A DNA stretch of 63,640 nucleotides, counting the filler, from Folioceros fuciformis (taxonomy: Eukaryota), in the NCBI GenBank assembly GCA_049999805.1. It is 4 parts of 4 records of this genome, joined end to end, with 100 filler letters (N's around TTAATTAATTAA, not from the genome) between each part and the next. Parts side by side here need not be neighbours in the genome. Positions count along the whole stretch, not along the records: positions 1 to 27,217 come from JBNGIO010005368.1; positions 27,318 to 46,709 come from JBNGIO010005371.1; 2 more parts are not named here. The stretch is one strand, 5' to 3'. Numbering within the stretch: the stretch's first letter is position 1; every line of letters begins with the position of its first letter. Under the pieces are notes generated by a model. The model did not search any database, was not told where the DNA came from, and saw only the letters and a list, made by a program, of their open reading frames with translations. The translations under genes were made by a program, and so were the position numbers. Shown here in pieces: positions 27,031 to 37,941 of this stretch.

Positions 27031-27155
27031 TTGGAATGAACAACAAGCTAGGACTGAAAAGTGTCTTATGCTCCTTTTCAGCTTCTTTAGCTAGGTTTTA
27101 GGTAGCATACGTTTCTTAGGTTTGGTAGCTTGCCAATAGGATAGTTATTAAAACT

Positions 27156-27217
27156 TGTGAACCTCCAAAGTTTGGGGTAGTAGTTTGTTTTGGTTGAAAA
27201 AGGGTTAATAGTGGTAT
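27156..27217 (+). mobile_element. Third copy of the TGTGAACCTCC LTR end, cut by the scaffold end
   Basis: Near-identical to 15343 and 18553. Confidence 0.85.
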
Positions 27218-27317
27218 NNNNNNNNNNNNNNNNNNNNNNNNNNNNNNNNNNNNNNNNNNNNTTAATTAATTAANNNNNNNNNNNNNNNNNNNNNNNNNNN
27301 NNNNNNNNNNNNNNNNN
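27218..27317. other. Artificial scaffold linker (N...TTAATTAATTAA...N)
   Basis: All-frame stop 12-mer at 27262-27273 embedded in Ns. Confidence 0.95.
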
Positions 27318-28309
27318 GCTAAGTCCTACCAATAATTGCTAGGGCAGTGTGCGCCGATGAAGATAAGGACAGTCGGTGCCGTCATAGAAGATTTGTTGAC
27401 CCCCTTTTCAAAAAGGTGTGGCTAGCAGGGCTCCTGAAGGGAGGCTGAGCCACTAGGCCCCCCTCCATTATTGGGATTCGTCTTCTTTTGGATCCACGAA
27501 CTTCCACCATACCTTCCTGTGTGTGGATCTCTTGGGATATCTCTTCACCACCACCTACAAGTTTGGTAGGGGAGGGATCCCCTTGTTCCTCAACTTGAGC
27601 TCCTTCCCTACGTAGGGTGGGAATGTTCCCTGCGTAGGTAGGGTACTTGTTGCTCTCTTTGTAGGTAGGTTCCCTACCCCTCTTCTTGTAGGTAGGTTCC
27701 CTACCATTCCCACCCATTGTCGTAGGTAGACAGCCTACCCCATTGCCGTAGGTCGGGTGTCTACCGTATAAGTACCTTCCCTACCTATGTAGGTATCTTC
27801 CATTTTCCCACGTAGGTACTCTCTCTACGTATGTAGATAGACATCCTACTATGTATGTATCTTCTTATTCCAACCTACTAGAATAGGACTAAAAATACTC
27901 CATAAAAACCTTCACTAGCCGCTCACTACCTACCATGGGCACTTGCCCATAAACCTACCTTCCACATGCCTCCCTTCGAACTATTCTGAACAAAAAGAAA
28001 CCAAGTTAGACTTTCCTAGACCGATTACCAAACTTTTCCGTCCCACAAGCATGATCAAGGACTGTGGGAGATTGAAGAATTCCTTGCAGAAGGTAGCGTG
28101 GCTACGAGATGTGGAACTCTACCACAGTACATGGTAAATTTGCGTGGGATCTCAACACTAGTTTGGGTAACATTAGAGGATATCCAGAGAGGCCCTTGGA
28201 TGATTTGCTCGTTACATTGGTTATAACTGAGGGTTGTGATTCTTTCCTAGTGGGTGAGGAAGTAACAACGCTGGTTTGAGTGCCAAGCAAGAAAGCTTCA
28301 TGCAGAAGC

Positions 28310-29160
28310 ATGTTTAGCAGAGCAGGTTAGTAAGAGCATGAGAAGCATGCAGCCCTAGGAAAGTGTGTAGTAGTGAATAATAACTTATGTAAGTAGTTGC
28401 TAAGTTAGTGACTAGAGCTTGTGTATAAAAGGGGACCCCTTAGTAGTACTTTTGAGTATCTCCTCAAAAGCCTTGAGAGCACGAGAGCACCCATTTTGAG
28501 TATCTCCTCAAAAGCCTTGAGAGCACGAGAGCACCCATTTTGAGTATCTCCTCAAAAGCCTTGAGAGCACGAGAGCCCTGAGAGCACTAGGTGCTGGGGC
28601 GACGTCTGGAGAGCATTTGTTGCTTGGGCTGTAAGCACAAGAAAGTCTGGAGAGCATGTGTTGCTCGGGCTGTAAGCTCTCCAGGCATGTGTTGCTTGGG
28701 CTGTAAGCACAAGAAAGGTGTGCTATGAAGGAGCTGTTGGAGGAGGTCAAGAGAAGGGAGAACTAAGCTATGGGGAGTTCTCTCCAACCCTCCAGCTTCG
28801 TATGTTCTTGTTGACTAGTGGTTTGAATAAAGAGCAGCAGAAAGGGTGCGAGTCCTCTTCCTCTAGTTGACTCGTGGTTTGAATAAAGAGCAGCAGCAAG
28901 GGTGATGGCTATGAGTCCTCCTCCTAGAAGAGGAGGGCGGGCTACTTGGAGGCCTAGTGCTATGTCTGGTACTTGGAGGCTTGGTACTTGGAGGCCTAGT
29001 GCTATGTCTGGTACTTGGAGGCTTGGTACTTGGAGGCTAGTGCTATGTCTGGTACTTGGAGGCTTGGTACTTGGAGGCCTAGTGCCATGTCTGGTACTTG
29101 GAGGCCTAGTGCCATGTCTGGTACTTGGAGGCCTAGTGTTGGTGTTTAATTACTGACTCT
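28310..29160 (+). repeat. LTR-like region with nested tandem repeats
   Basis: TATAAAAGGGG at ~28424. Arrays at ~28450-28575, ~28610-28715 and ~28945-29137 (GGTACTTGGAGGC units). Confidence 0.6.
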
Positions 29161-29622
29161 TGCTCTTGCTTTAACTGCGTGGCTCTGCCCACCCCGCTGA
29201 AAGGGGGTGTTACTGCTCTGGCATTTCCGCGTTCAGCAACGAACTTGACGGAAAGCCCATACATCTCCAGCAAATACGCACAGCATCTGCGTTTGCAGAA
29301 AGAGAAAAACAGGCATGGTCGTTGAAGGCTTTCAGATCGGAAGGCACCCGATGAAAGGGTACCTATCCGTCTGCAATGAACGCGACAGTGGTGCCTGCAG
29401 CCAAAGAATGGCCTTCACCCAGGCCCCGTGCGTGAATGGAGCACCATTGACACGCACGGACCATGTCGGGTACCAACCAAGGTGGTCAAATTTCCCTCGA
29501 GGTTTGCCCGAGTCCCAGCAATGCAGTCGCAGGGGCCATGTTTCCTGAACAGCGCAATGCGATGGATGTGAGATATACCCCGGCAGGACATCTCAGGTGC
29601 GCTTTCGCCTTCGCGTTCGATC

Positions 29623-32600
29623 ATGCCACCAATGTCCTTTCAGTCACTGCGACGGACAGGACGGGTCCTTCTGTCGTGGATTCGACTGAGCCAAATTTGT
29701 GGTACAACCGTGGGAAGAGGTCATCACTCTCGCCTCCTGACTGCAAATTTTTCAAGCTACGAAGCCTGGCCGAGTAGCGGTTTTGCACTTCAGTCAGGGT
29801 TGGTGGATTCGCAGCCATGTGCCGTGGACATGCATAGGCTCCCATCCAAGCGGAGCTGCCTGGGTGATGGTGAAGCTGGTGGGCTTTTTGAGTACCCAAG
29901 GAGTGTAACGCCTGAATCCGTGAGCTGGCTATGTGAGCAGGAGCAGCTCAGTAAGGCTGTTGAGGCCCTGGGGGTTCTGGCGCAGGCAGGCACTGGTCTA
30001 TCCAAACCACTCCTCTACGCAGTCCTCAGACAATGTGTAATTAAGAAGGATCTGGTCCTGGGTCGCCATGTCCATGCGGTCGCGGTGAAAGTGGGCTATG
30101 AATCGGACACGTTCTTGTGCAACCACATCCTACGAATGTACTCATCTCATGCCAGTCTGCAAGAAGCTATGAATGTCTTCACTGTGGTTGCCGAACCAGA
30201 TGCATTCCTCTGGTCTTCTATCCTTTCTGCTCATGTTAAACATGGGCAAACTAAGCAGGCCATACAATTGTATCATCAGATGCGCAGGTCAAAGGTGAAG
30301 CCAGATGCCCATGTGTTTGTAGCAGCCCTACAGGCTTGTGCAAGGGGAGCAGACTTGACAACTGGGAAGCAGGTGCATGCTGATGTGGTGGCCAGTGGGG
30401 TGAAGCCTGACTTTTTCGTTTCTTGCTCTTTGGTGGACATGTATGCAAAGTGTGGCAACTTGGAAACCTCTCAAAGAATTTTTGACGGTCTTGGTAGAAA
30501 AACTGTGGTAACTTGGAATGCCATGATAGCAGGGTATGCCCGACGGGGCTTCGGTCTGGAAGCCCTTCGACTTTACGCCTCCATGCGAGAGGAGGGCATC
30601 ACGGCTCCTGATTCTGTGACATTTGTTTGCCTCCTGCAGGCGTGTGCAAATGTGGGATTCCCAGCCTTGGAGAAGGGGAAGCAGCTTCATGCGCAGCTTC
30701 ATGAACGAGGACTTCATGCTGATGTTGTTGTAGGCTGCAGCCTGGTAAACATGTATGCGAAGTGTGGCAGCCTGCAGGATGCCGAGGCCTTGTTTGACAG
30801 ACTTCCTCAAAAGAATGTGGTTACGTGGAATGCCATGATGTCAGGATTTTCCCAGCAGGGCATGGGTCAAGAAGCCCTTCGTCTATATGAGGCCATGCTA
30901 GTAGAAGGCATCACCGCACCCGATTCTGTGACATTTGTATGCGTCCTACAAGCGTGTGGACACTTGGGAACTCTTTCTTTGGAGAAGGGGAAGCAGATTC
31001 ATTTACAGCTTGGAGAAAAAGGGCTTGATACTGATCAGTCTGTTGTCACTAGTTTAGTTAACATGTATGCCAAGTGCGGCAGTCTACAGGATGCCCGGGC
31101 TGTGTTCGATGGACTTTGTCAGAAAACTGTGGTGACGTGGAATACTATGATAGGAGGATATTCCCAGCAAGGCATGAGTCAGGAAGCCTTTCATATATAC
31201 AGTGCTATGCTAGAAGAAGGCATCACTTCACCTGATTCTGTGACGTTTATATGCCTCCTGCAAGCATGTGCATGTGTGGGCATGCCAGGATTGGAGACGG
31301 GGAAGCAGCTTCATGCCCAAATCAAGGAACAAGGGCTTCAAGGTGATGTGTGTGTAGCCAACAATCTGATAAACATGTATGCGAAGTGTGGTAGCGTACT
31401 TGATGCCCAGGGAGTGTTTGACGAAAGCAGTGAAAAAACTGATGTAACATGGAATGCGTTGATAGGAGGATACTCCCAACAGGGCAGGGGTCAGGAGGCC
31501 CTTTTGCTTTACAGAGCTATGCAAGAAGAAGGTGTGGTTGAACCCAACTATGTGACATTTGTGTGCCTTCTGCAGGCATGTGCAAGTTTGGGTCCCCAGG
31601 CTCTGAAAATTGGGAAGCAACTTCATGCACATATCCAAGAACAAGGCCTTGAAAACGTGGTTGTAGGTTCCAGCTTGGTAAACATGTATGGTAAGTGTGG
31701 CAGCCTAGAGGATGCCCGGAACATGTTTGACAAACTTGGTGCAAAAGATGCGGTGACATGGACCGCTCTAATATCAGCATACTCTCAGCAGGGCATGGAT
31801 CAGGAAGCCCTTCATCTCTTCAATGCTATGCAAGAAAAAAGCATCTCTGCGCCTGATTCTGTAACCTTTGTGTGCCTCCTGCAGGCATGCGCAAATGTTG
31901 CTGCTTTATATCCAGGAAGGCAGCTACATGCCGAAATTAAAGCACAAGGACTTCAAGCTGATGTTTCTGTGGCGATTAGCTTGATAAACATGTATGCAAA
32001 GTCTGGTAGCATGGTTGAGGCACAGCATGTGTTCGATGCATTGCCCAAACGAGACGTCATTGCCTGGAATGCTTTGATTGCTGGATACAGCCGTCAAGGA
32101 GACAGTGAAGTGGTCCTTGACTTAGTTCACCAGATGCAAGAGGATGGCATCCATCCAGATGGCGTCACATTTGTAAGCATATTAACAGTATGCAGTCATG
32201 CGGGACTAGTGTGTAAGGGCAAGGAAATCTTTGCATCTATGAGGAGACAGTATGGCATTGCGTGTTCTCTTGAGCACTACACCTGCATGGTGGACCTCCT
32301 GGGTCGTGCAGGCCATCTGGACGAAGCACTAGCGGTGATAAGGACTATGTCTGTGCTACCTCATGCTGCAGTTTGGCATACTCTGTTGGGTGCTTGTAGA
32401 AAGTGGAACAATGTGGAGGTAGGACGCCATGCCTTCAATGAAGTGGTGAAGCTAGATGAAAAGCACACCCCAGCATATGTCTTGATGGCTAACATATATA
32501 CTAGTGTCCAGATGTTGGAGGAGGCACAGGAGATGCAGGCAAGAAGAATAGTAGTTGGTGCGTGGAAGCAGCCAGGCCGGAGTTGGTGGACGGATATGAA

Positions 32601-32700
32601 TGGCCTGGTGCATAGCTTTTTGGTTGGGGACAAAAACCATGCTGAAAGTGATGGCATATATGCAAAGCTAAAACAGCTTGCTTTGAACATGAAGAAGTAA
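29623..32700 (+). CDS. PLS-class PPR protein, E/E+ end (WW-type PG box), no DYW; start codon uncertain
   Basis: Intronless 1025-aa ORF with repeated LVNMYAKCGS/VTWNAMI/PDSVTFVCLLQAC triplets, an E domain, KQPGRSWW..HSFLVGDKNH, then a stop. Confidence 0.93.
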   Translation: MPPMSFQSLRRTGRVLLSWIRLSQICGTTVGRGHHSRLLTANFSSYEAWPSSGFALQSGLVDSQPCAVDMHRLPSKRSCLGDGEAGGLFEYPRSVTPESVSWLCEQEQLSKAVEALGVLAQAGTGLSKPLLYAVLRQCVIKKDLVLGRHVHAVAVKVGYESDTFLCNHILRMYSSHASLQEAMNVFTVVAEPDAFLWSSILSAHVKHGQTKQAIQLYHQMRRSKVKPDAHVFVAALQACARGADLTTGKQVHADVVASGVKPDFFVSCSLVDMYAKCGNLETSQRIFDGLGRKTVVTWNAMIAGYARRGFGLEALRLYASMREEGITAPDSVTFVCLLQACANVGFPALEKGKQLHAQLHERGLHADVVVGCSLVNMYAKCGSLQDAEALFDRLPQKNVVTWNAMMSGFSQQGMGQEALRLYEAMLVEGITAPDSVTFVCVLQACGHLGTLSLEKGKQIHLQLGEKGLDTDQSVVTSLVNMYAKCGSLQDARAVFDGLCQKTVVTWNTMIGGYSQQGMSQEAFHIYSAMLEEGITSPDSVTFICLLQACACVGMPGLETGKQLHAQIKEQGLQGDVCVANNLINMYAKCGSVLDAQGVFDESSEKTDVTWNALIGGYSQQGRGQEALLLYRAMQEEGVVEPNYVTFVCLLQACASLGPQALKIGKQLHAHIQEQGLENVVVGSSLVNMYGKCGSLEDARNMFDKLGAKDAVTWTALISAYSQQGMDQEALHLFNAMQEKSISAPDSVTFVCLLQACANVAALYPGRQLHAEIKAQGLQADVSVAISLINMYAKSGSMVEAQHVFDALPKRDVIAWNALIAGYSRQGDSEVVLDLVHQMQEDGIHPDGVTFVSILTVCSHAGLVCKGKEIFASMRRQYGIACSLEHYTCMVDLLGRAGHLDEALAVIRTMSVLPHAAVWHTLLGACRKWNNVEVGRHAFNEVVKLDEKHTPAYVLMANIYTSVQMLEEAQEMQARRIVVGAWKQPGRSWWTDMNGLVHSFLVGDKNHAESDGIYAKLKQLALNMKK

Positions 32701-34099
32701 ATAAGGGTTAGTTCCATGTACGGACAGTCTATATATTATATTATAATAATGCGGAACGGAAGGTGTGGATAGGCATGCCAAAGAGGTAGCTGTTGAGTGC
32801 GTCAATCTGACAGGCGTACAGCCATGAACTAGGTATGAAAAGGGAATTGTCGTTTGCGTGGATGCTTGTTGGTGCAGAAGTCATAAAACTTGTCCTGATC
32901 TCAAATTCCTCTCTGCAGTTCTTGCTATGAGGAGCAAGCTGTAGCCTGTAATATTCGACAGCTACCCGATCATTGCGTGGCAAGTTTACACGGGTTTAGA
33001 ATCGGACTGACGATGTGAAAACGCCTGAATTCGTGAAGAAGCTAGCTTCTTTTGTCACTGGCGTGATGGCCAGAACGCAATTTTAACGGGTTGGTATCAT
33101 TTGTCTTGTGCAGTGCGTGTGTAACATGTGCTGATGTGGGCGTATCACCAATCTTCTGGAGTGCTTTGGGATTGACTACAACCTAAAAATCGTCTGAAGA
33201 CTGACGATGAGAACCAGCGGTAAGAACTATCCGTATCGTTGCAGGTAAAACCTTACGTTGGGTTTTTCAGATCAGCGTGAGTGGCTGCGTTTCTTGAAGT
33301 TTTACAACTGGGCCAAGGAAGCTAAACTAGGTTTGTGGGGAGGCGGAAGCTGGGGAATCGTTGGCAGCGAAGCAAGAATAGTTGACCGCAGACTTTACCG
33401 TCTGGATGTCTCTATCGGTGTGTGGTAGTGCAGCTAATGTGTGGATGAAACCTTGCGTGAATTCGTGAGACAATTCTTTCCCGTGCGTTTTCTAAGAAAC
33501 TGGAGGAAGACACAAAGAAGCTCGTTCAATGAAGTGCCGTTTGCGCCACGTGATGGCCCTCTATCAGGCACACTTGGATATCTCTAGATCCATGGTCTCT
33601 TGTGAAGGGAAATCGTAGGGTGGAAAGTCGACTTACGTGGTGTACAGTAGAAAGGCGGGAAGGACGAAGAGGACGGAATGATGTAAGCTGTCTGCATCCT
33701 GAGTAATTTGCCTCTTGAAATACAGCTCGCTTTGTCCTTCGATTTGAATGTGTTTGTTTGGAAGGGGGTTGTAGAGCCGAATCCTGGGCACGGCTCTCAA
33801 GATATGAGGATCTTTTGTATTAGACAAACGCCTGTATAATGTTAAAAAGCTATGCACTTGAGCGGCACGGCATTTTAATAAAGGGCTCCCTTATGTGAAG
33901 TACTGAGTAATCGGACGTAGAAGACTCATACGTACTGTGGTGAGCATTTCATACTTCAGCTTCCAAACATTAGAGATCAATAAGACTCGGAATTCCAGTT
34001 TCTGTCGATTTGGTGTTCGTTGCATACCTTTATGCTTATGGGAAGGGATTTGAAGTGACCTGGCAAGCTTTGTAAAAGCCTGCGCAGGACGGATATGCA

Positions 34100-34612
34100 A
34101 TGGCGGTAACAATGAAGCCACTTATTACAGCAGCGTCACTTTTAATGCTCCTCAGTGTGGCGAGCCACGGGTCACCTGTGTCTGGTGTAAATGTGAAGGA
34201 CGCTATACGACAAGCGGGGTACCACAGCACTGTGATAAGCCTGCTGGAGAAAACTGGCCTGGATGCCACAATCCAGAGCCTGGCAACTTCGGATTTGACA
34301 CTTTTTTCCCCAACCTACCATGCCTCCCTCCAGGTCCAGGATGTGTTCCTTATCCCTACCCATGAGCAAATGGTGTGGGTGCTCAAGTTTCATGTCCTCC
34401 CGAGCTACCTCTCCAGGCATGCTGTCCTGAAATTGTCAAACCTAGCGAAAACGGCCTCAGGCTGCATTTTCTTCATAAGCACTTTTGCCGAGCATGTTTT
34501 CGTTCAGACTGGCATCGTCCAGCCTGTTGACAGGTCTGTTGTTCTCGTTGACAGCCCTACAGCAACAAATAGTATTCCATCGACAGAGCCCTCATCCCTT
34601 GTGAGTTTGTGA
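34100..34612 (+). CDS. Fasciclin-like (FAS1 domain) secreted protein, divergent or possibly a pseudogene
   Basis: Signal peptide, AGYHSTVISLLEKTGL, LTLFSPT (H1), VLKFHVLPSY. H2 motif and GPI tail are not evident. Confidence 0.7.
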   Translation: MAVTMKPLITAASLLMLLSVASHGSPVSGVNVKDAIRQAGYHSTVISLLEKTGLDATIQSLATSDLTLFSPTYHASLQVQDVFLIPTHEQMVWVLKFHVLPSYLSRHAVLKLSNLAKTASGCIFFISTFAEHVFVQTGIVQPVDRSVVLVDSPTATNSIPSTEPSSLVSL

Positions 34613-34919
34613 ATTTGCACGTGATTGGCTGTTGTCCAGCTCTAGATCCCGAGGCTACCGCAAATTGAGTGCAAGTTCTCTTATTATTCATGTTTGGTGG
34701 TAGGAGATCTCGCCCACGGTGCAACCGAATGCCAGCTCAGGGTTCCTGCCTGCAGGAGCTGAGAAGTGGCAGCCTACTGCGGCTCCGTTCTCTGCCCGTT
34801 TCGTCGAAATACGTGAAGGGATATTCTAGAACGACTATGGTCTTGGAAGTAAAGACGTACGGCAAGATAAGCATGGGAATAATTTGGGAATCCGGGAATG
34901 GGGGGCAGACATGCTGCTA

Positions 34920-35180
34920 GATACCATTAGAAATGATTATAATAATTCAGAGATGGCGGCTGTTAAAAATGATTATAATAGTTAAGAGAGTGTTTACTAT
35001 AAATGACTACAATAATTAAGGAGAGAGAGTGGCCATTAGAAATGACGATAATAGTTGAAGAGAGCGGCCATTAGAAATGACTATCATAGTTGAAGAGGGA
35101 GTAGCCATTAGAAATGAATATAATAGTTGAAGAGAAAGTGGCCATTAGAAATGAATATAATAGTTGAAGAGAGTGGCCGC
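34920..35180. repeat. ~35-bp degenerate minisatellite (GCCATTAGAAATGAnTATAATAGTTGAAGAGAG)
   Basis: About 7 copies visible. Confidence 0.85.
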
Positions 35181-35488
35181 TCTTTAATTTGAGAGGTAAG
35201 TTGTATCCGACAGGTAATGATTGCGCCGAGGTTTATTCTAGCTTCTACACAACTTGTGCTAGACGGTCGCATGTGATTTGAAAGCTTAAACGTCTGCCGA
35301 TAGGTTCATGCGCATCTAGCAATTTTTGATCCCTGCAACCTCACTTACTCTCGCCCCTTGTTTAAGTTAGGGGCCTTACAGCAATTATAGTCAAGATCAA
35401 CGAGAACAAGCTCAGATGAAACTGAATTGCGAGGGAGTGCGTCAATATGACCAAGTGTAACAATTTGAAAAAGTAATTTTTACCAGAT

Positions 35489-37163
35489 TCAAACTGAGAC
35501 GCTGAACACGAATTTGTCAGCAAACGTCCTAACCTCTAACGACCTACAGTATTGTGCTGCTTCTATGCTGCTGATTTGTTTTAGAGAATCTACCAACGCA
35601 TCCGTTGCCTCCACTTTTCGCCTCTGCGAACAGTCGGATGCACCGAGAGGACAGTGAAGGAAATGCATAGAACTCATGAAAAATGGCTTCTTTTCCGCAA
35701 ACAGGGATCCAAAATGGGAGAAGCTGCAGAACAACACTTGATACATCCCAAGAACCGATTAGAAAATGCTCGACCCATTTCTTGTAAAGGACACCTTATG
35801 ACAGGGGAAAATCATGCGAGAGCGAGTTGGGTCTAATCACTGGAGAAGACGACATACCTTGCACACGAGACAGAGCATGTCCGTTTCATAGCCTGTAGAG
35901 ACATAGTTGTCCAACTGCAAAACCGCCTGCATGTTTGAACGAAGGGCGCATCTTATGACTACCTCCACCTGATCTTAGGAAGGCAATTGGATGAGCACAA
36001 GTTAAATGAGCGCGTAACTTACCAGGCGTCAGAAAAGCTCATTTCCGGCGGGGAGCTGTGAAGGAAGCTGGCGACTGTCCACAGGCCAGAGCAGGTACCC
36101 GCGATTGAGAGTTCGGAAGAGGAGGCCCCGGAAGAGCCCTTTCCAAGTTGGCATTGGACAGCGGATCTCCCGGGCCGGCCGGAGGGCGTAGCATAGCCCT
36201 TGGCTGGGCAGGGTCTACAACGGGATGCCTTTGAATGCGAGGATCAACAGCTCTTCCAGGAGGACGAAAACGCTGAATATTGTTCGCACCTGCATTCCCT
36301 TGCGCATAGAACGCTGCGGGGGGAAACCCGGGACGGTTGTTGCCCTCCTGCCCTTCAGCCCCGAAGAAAATATCATGAAGCGCTGAGGACAGATTTACTC
36401 CACCAGGGTTCTGATCGCCTGCAGCGCTGGCAGCACCGTTTCCACCGGCCTGCATCGGCACAATTCCTCTTGGCTGCGAACGAGCAGCCGTTGGCTCGAT
36501 CGCATTCCCTGGCCCAGGTTCCTCCACGTCCCTAGGTAGACTGCTTGCGGACTGGAAGGAGCAGCTGGGACCTCCAGGAAACCGCGTGCATCCAGGAGCG
36601 GAATCATCCTGAATACGATGTGAAGCAGCCCCAGCTGTAAGGATGGCTTTCCCCTTTCTTCTCTCCATTTCAGACTCCACGGCTCGCCGTCGAGCGTTCG
36701 CTGCAAGCGCCTCTTCAACGAGCGCATCGATTGCAGCCATGTCCAAGGAGTCCCAAAATGCGTCATCGTAATCAAAATCCGGATCCACTACACACCCGTC
36801 AGGCTTCCCAGCTGCATCACCGCCTACAGACTGGGACGAAGTTCCGCTCGAAACCACGGAGCTGCAGCCGGCCGAGAAACTGTTCAGGTTTTGTCCCCCA
36901 GTAGCTGTCATAGGCAGCTCCGCTCTATTTCTCGAGCGTTGGCCCGCCTGGCCCTCCATTGGCATCGCCTGCGCATGTGCCACTCCGCCGCCAGAGAACG
37001 ATAAACTTCTTCCGCAAGCCATGAATGAAAGTTTTGCCGTGTCATCCTCAGAAACCGCGCGCTTTTGCTTCTTCCTCTCCTTCTCCTCGCCCACACTGCG
37101 ATCAGGAGTCTGCAGCGACCCTGACTTGCCAAATCTGGAAACGTTGTAACCTCTGCCGGCCAT
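35489..37163 (-). CDS. Unknown protein with a large low-complexity first exon and probable small downstream exons
   Basis: 388-aa ORF 36039-37205 with KERKKQKR NLS-like and DDAFWDSLDMAAIDALVEEA motifs. An AG/GT-bounded open exon lies at ~35858-35968. Confidence 0.55.
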
Positions 37164-37662
37164 CCTGCTGGAAGACACCAACAAGACAGAAGCGTGCAAA
37201 CACACGTTGAACTACAGGAATGCGGCTAGAGGACTCCGAACTTTAAACTGTGCCAACCAGATTTCGTATGGAACAGGGTCGCTAGCAGCGCGGGCTTTCT
37301 TCCCGCCACAATTTTGTATCTCACGTTTTCTGGCCTGTCGTCATGAAGTAGATTATTTTTTGTTAACCCCAGAAAAATCCGCGTCCATTCAAGGGTTGTG
37401 TCTCGCGCGCCCCACGCCCACTCCAGACCGAAGGAGGTTGTGCCTTACCCGGGCACACCCTCGAATGACGTCAAAGGCAGACCTCGGCAAATAATTTTTA
37501 CCTAGGGGTTTAAAGTTTTTTTTTATTCCTCAAGACAATTTATACTTCTAGTAAAGTATCAAATAGGCCCCTTTAGTCTAAACTTGGAGGCCTAAAGCCA
37601 TTTTACCTTGAAACAGGAAGGAATTATTATTTTCCTTAAAAAAAAACCTACTCCTAAAAGAT

Positions 37663-37941
37663 GCCCTCGGGCACCTGCGCGCTCTCGACGCTAGCGTATT
37701 GAGCTTTCCATCCTACCCGTCTTGAAACACAGACCAAAGGGTCTAACATGTATCCGAGCTGATGGATGGCAAACCCATTGAGGCACAAGGAACTTGACAA
37801 ATGGGATCCCCATAAAGGGGAGCACCATCGGCCGACCATGATCTTCTGTGAAAGATTTGAGTGCGAGCATACCTGCTGGGACCCGAAAGATGGTGAACTA
37901 TGCCTAAGCAGGGCGAAGCCAGAAGAAACTCTGGTGGAGGC
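37663..37941 (+). pseudogene. Degenerate 26S rRNA fragment
   Basis: Diverged copy of 43622-43901 (ACCCGTCTTGAAACAC, GACCCGAAAGATGGTGAACTATGCC). Confidence 0.92.

Noticed and set aside
27262-27273. TTAATTAATTAA islands within N runs (also 46754 and 62077)
   Set aside because: Artificial concatenation linkers, not biology
28450-29137. Repeat arrays resembling CRISPR (also 34920-35180)
   Set aside because: Tandem units without unique spacers, no cas genes, eukaryotic context
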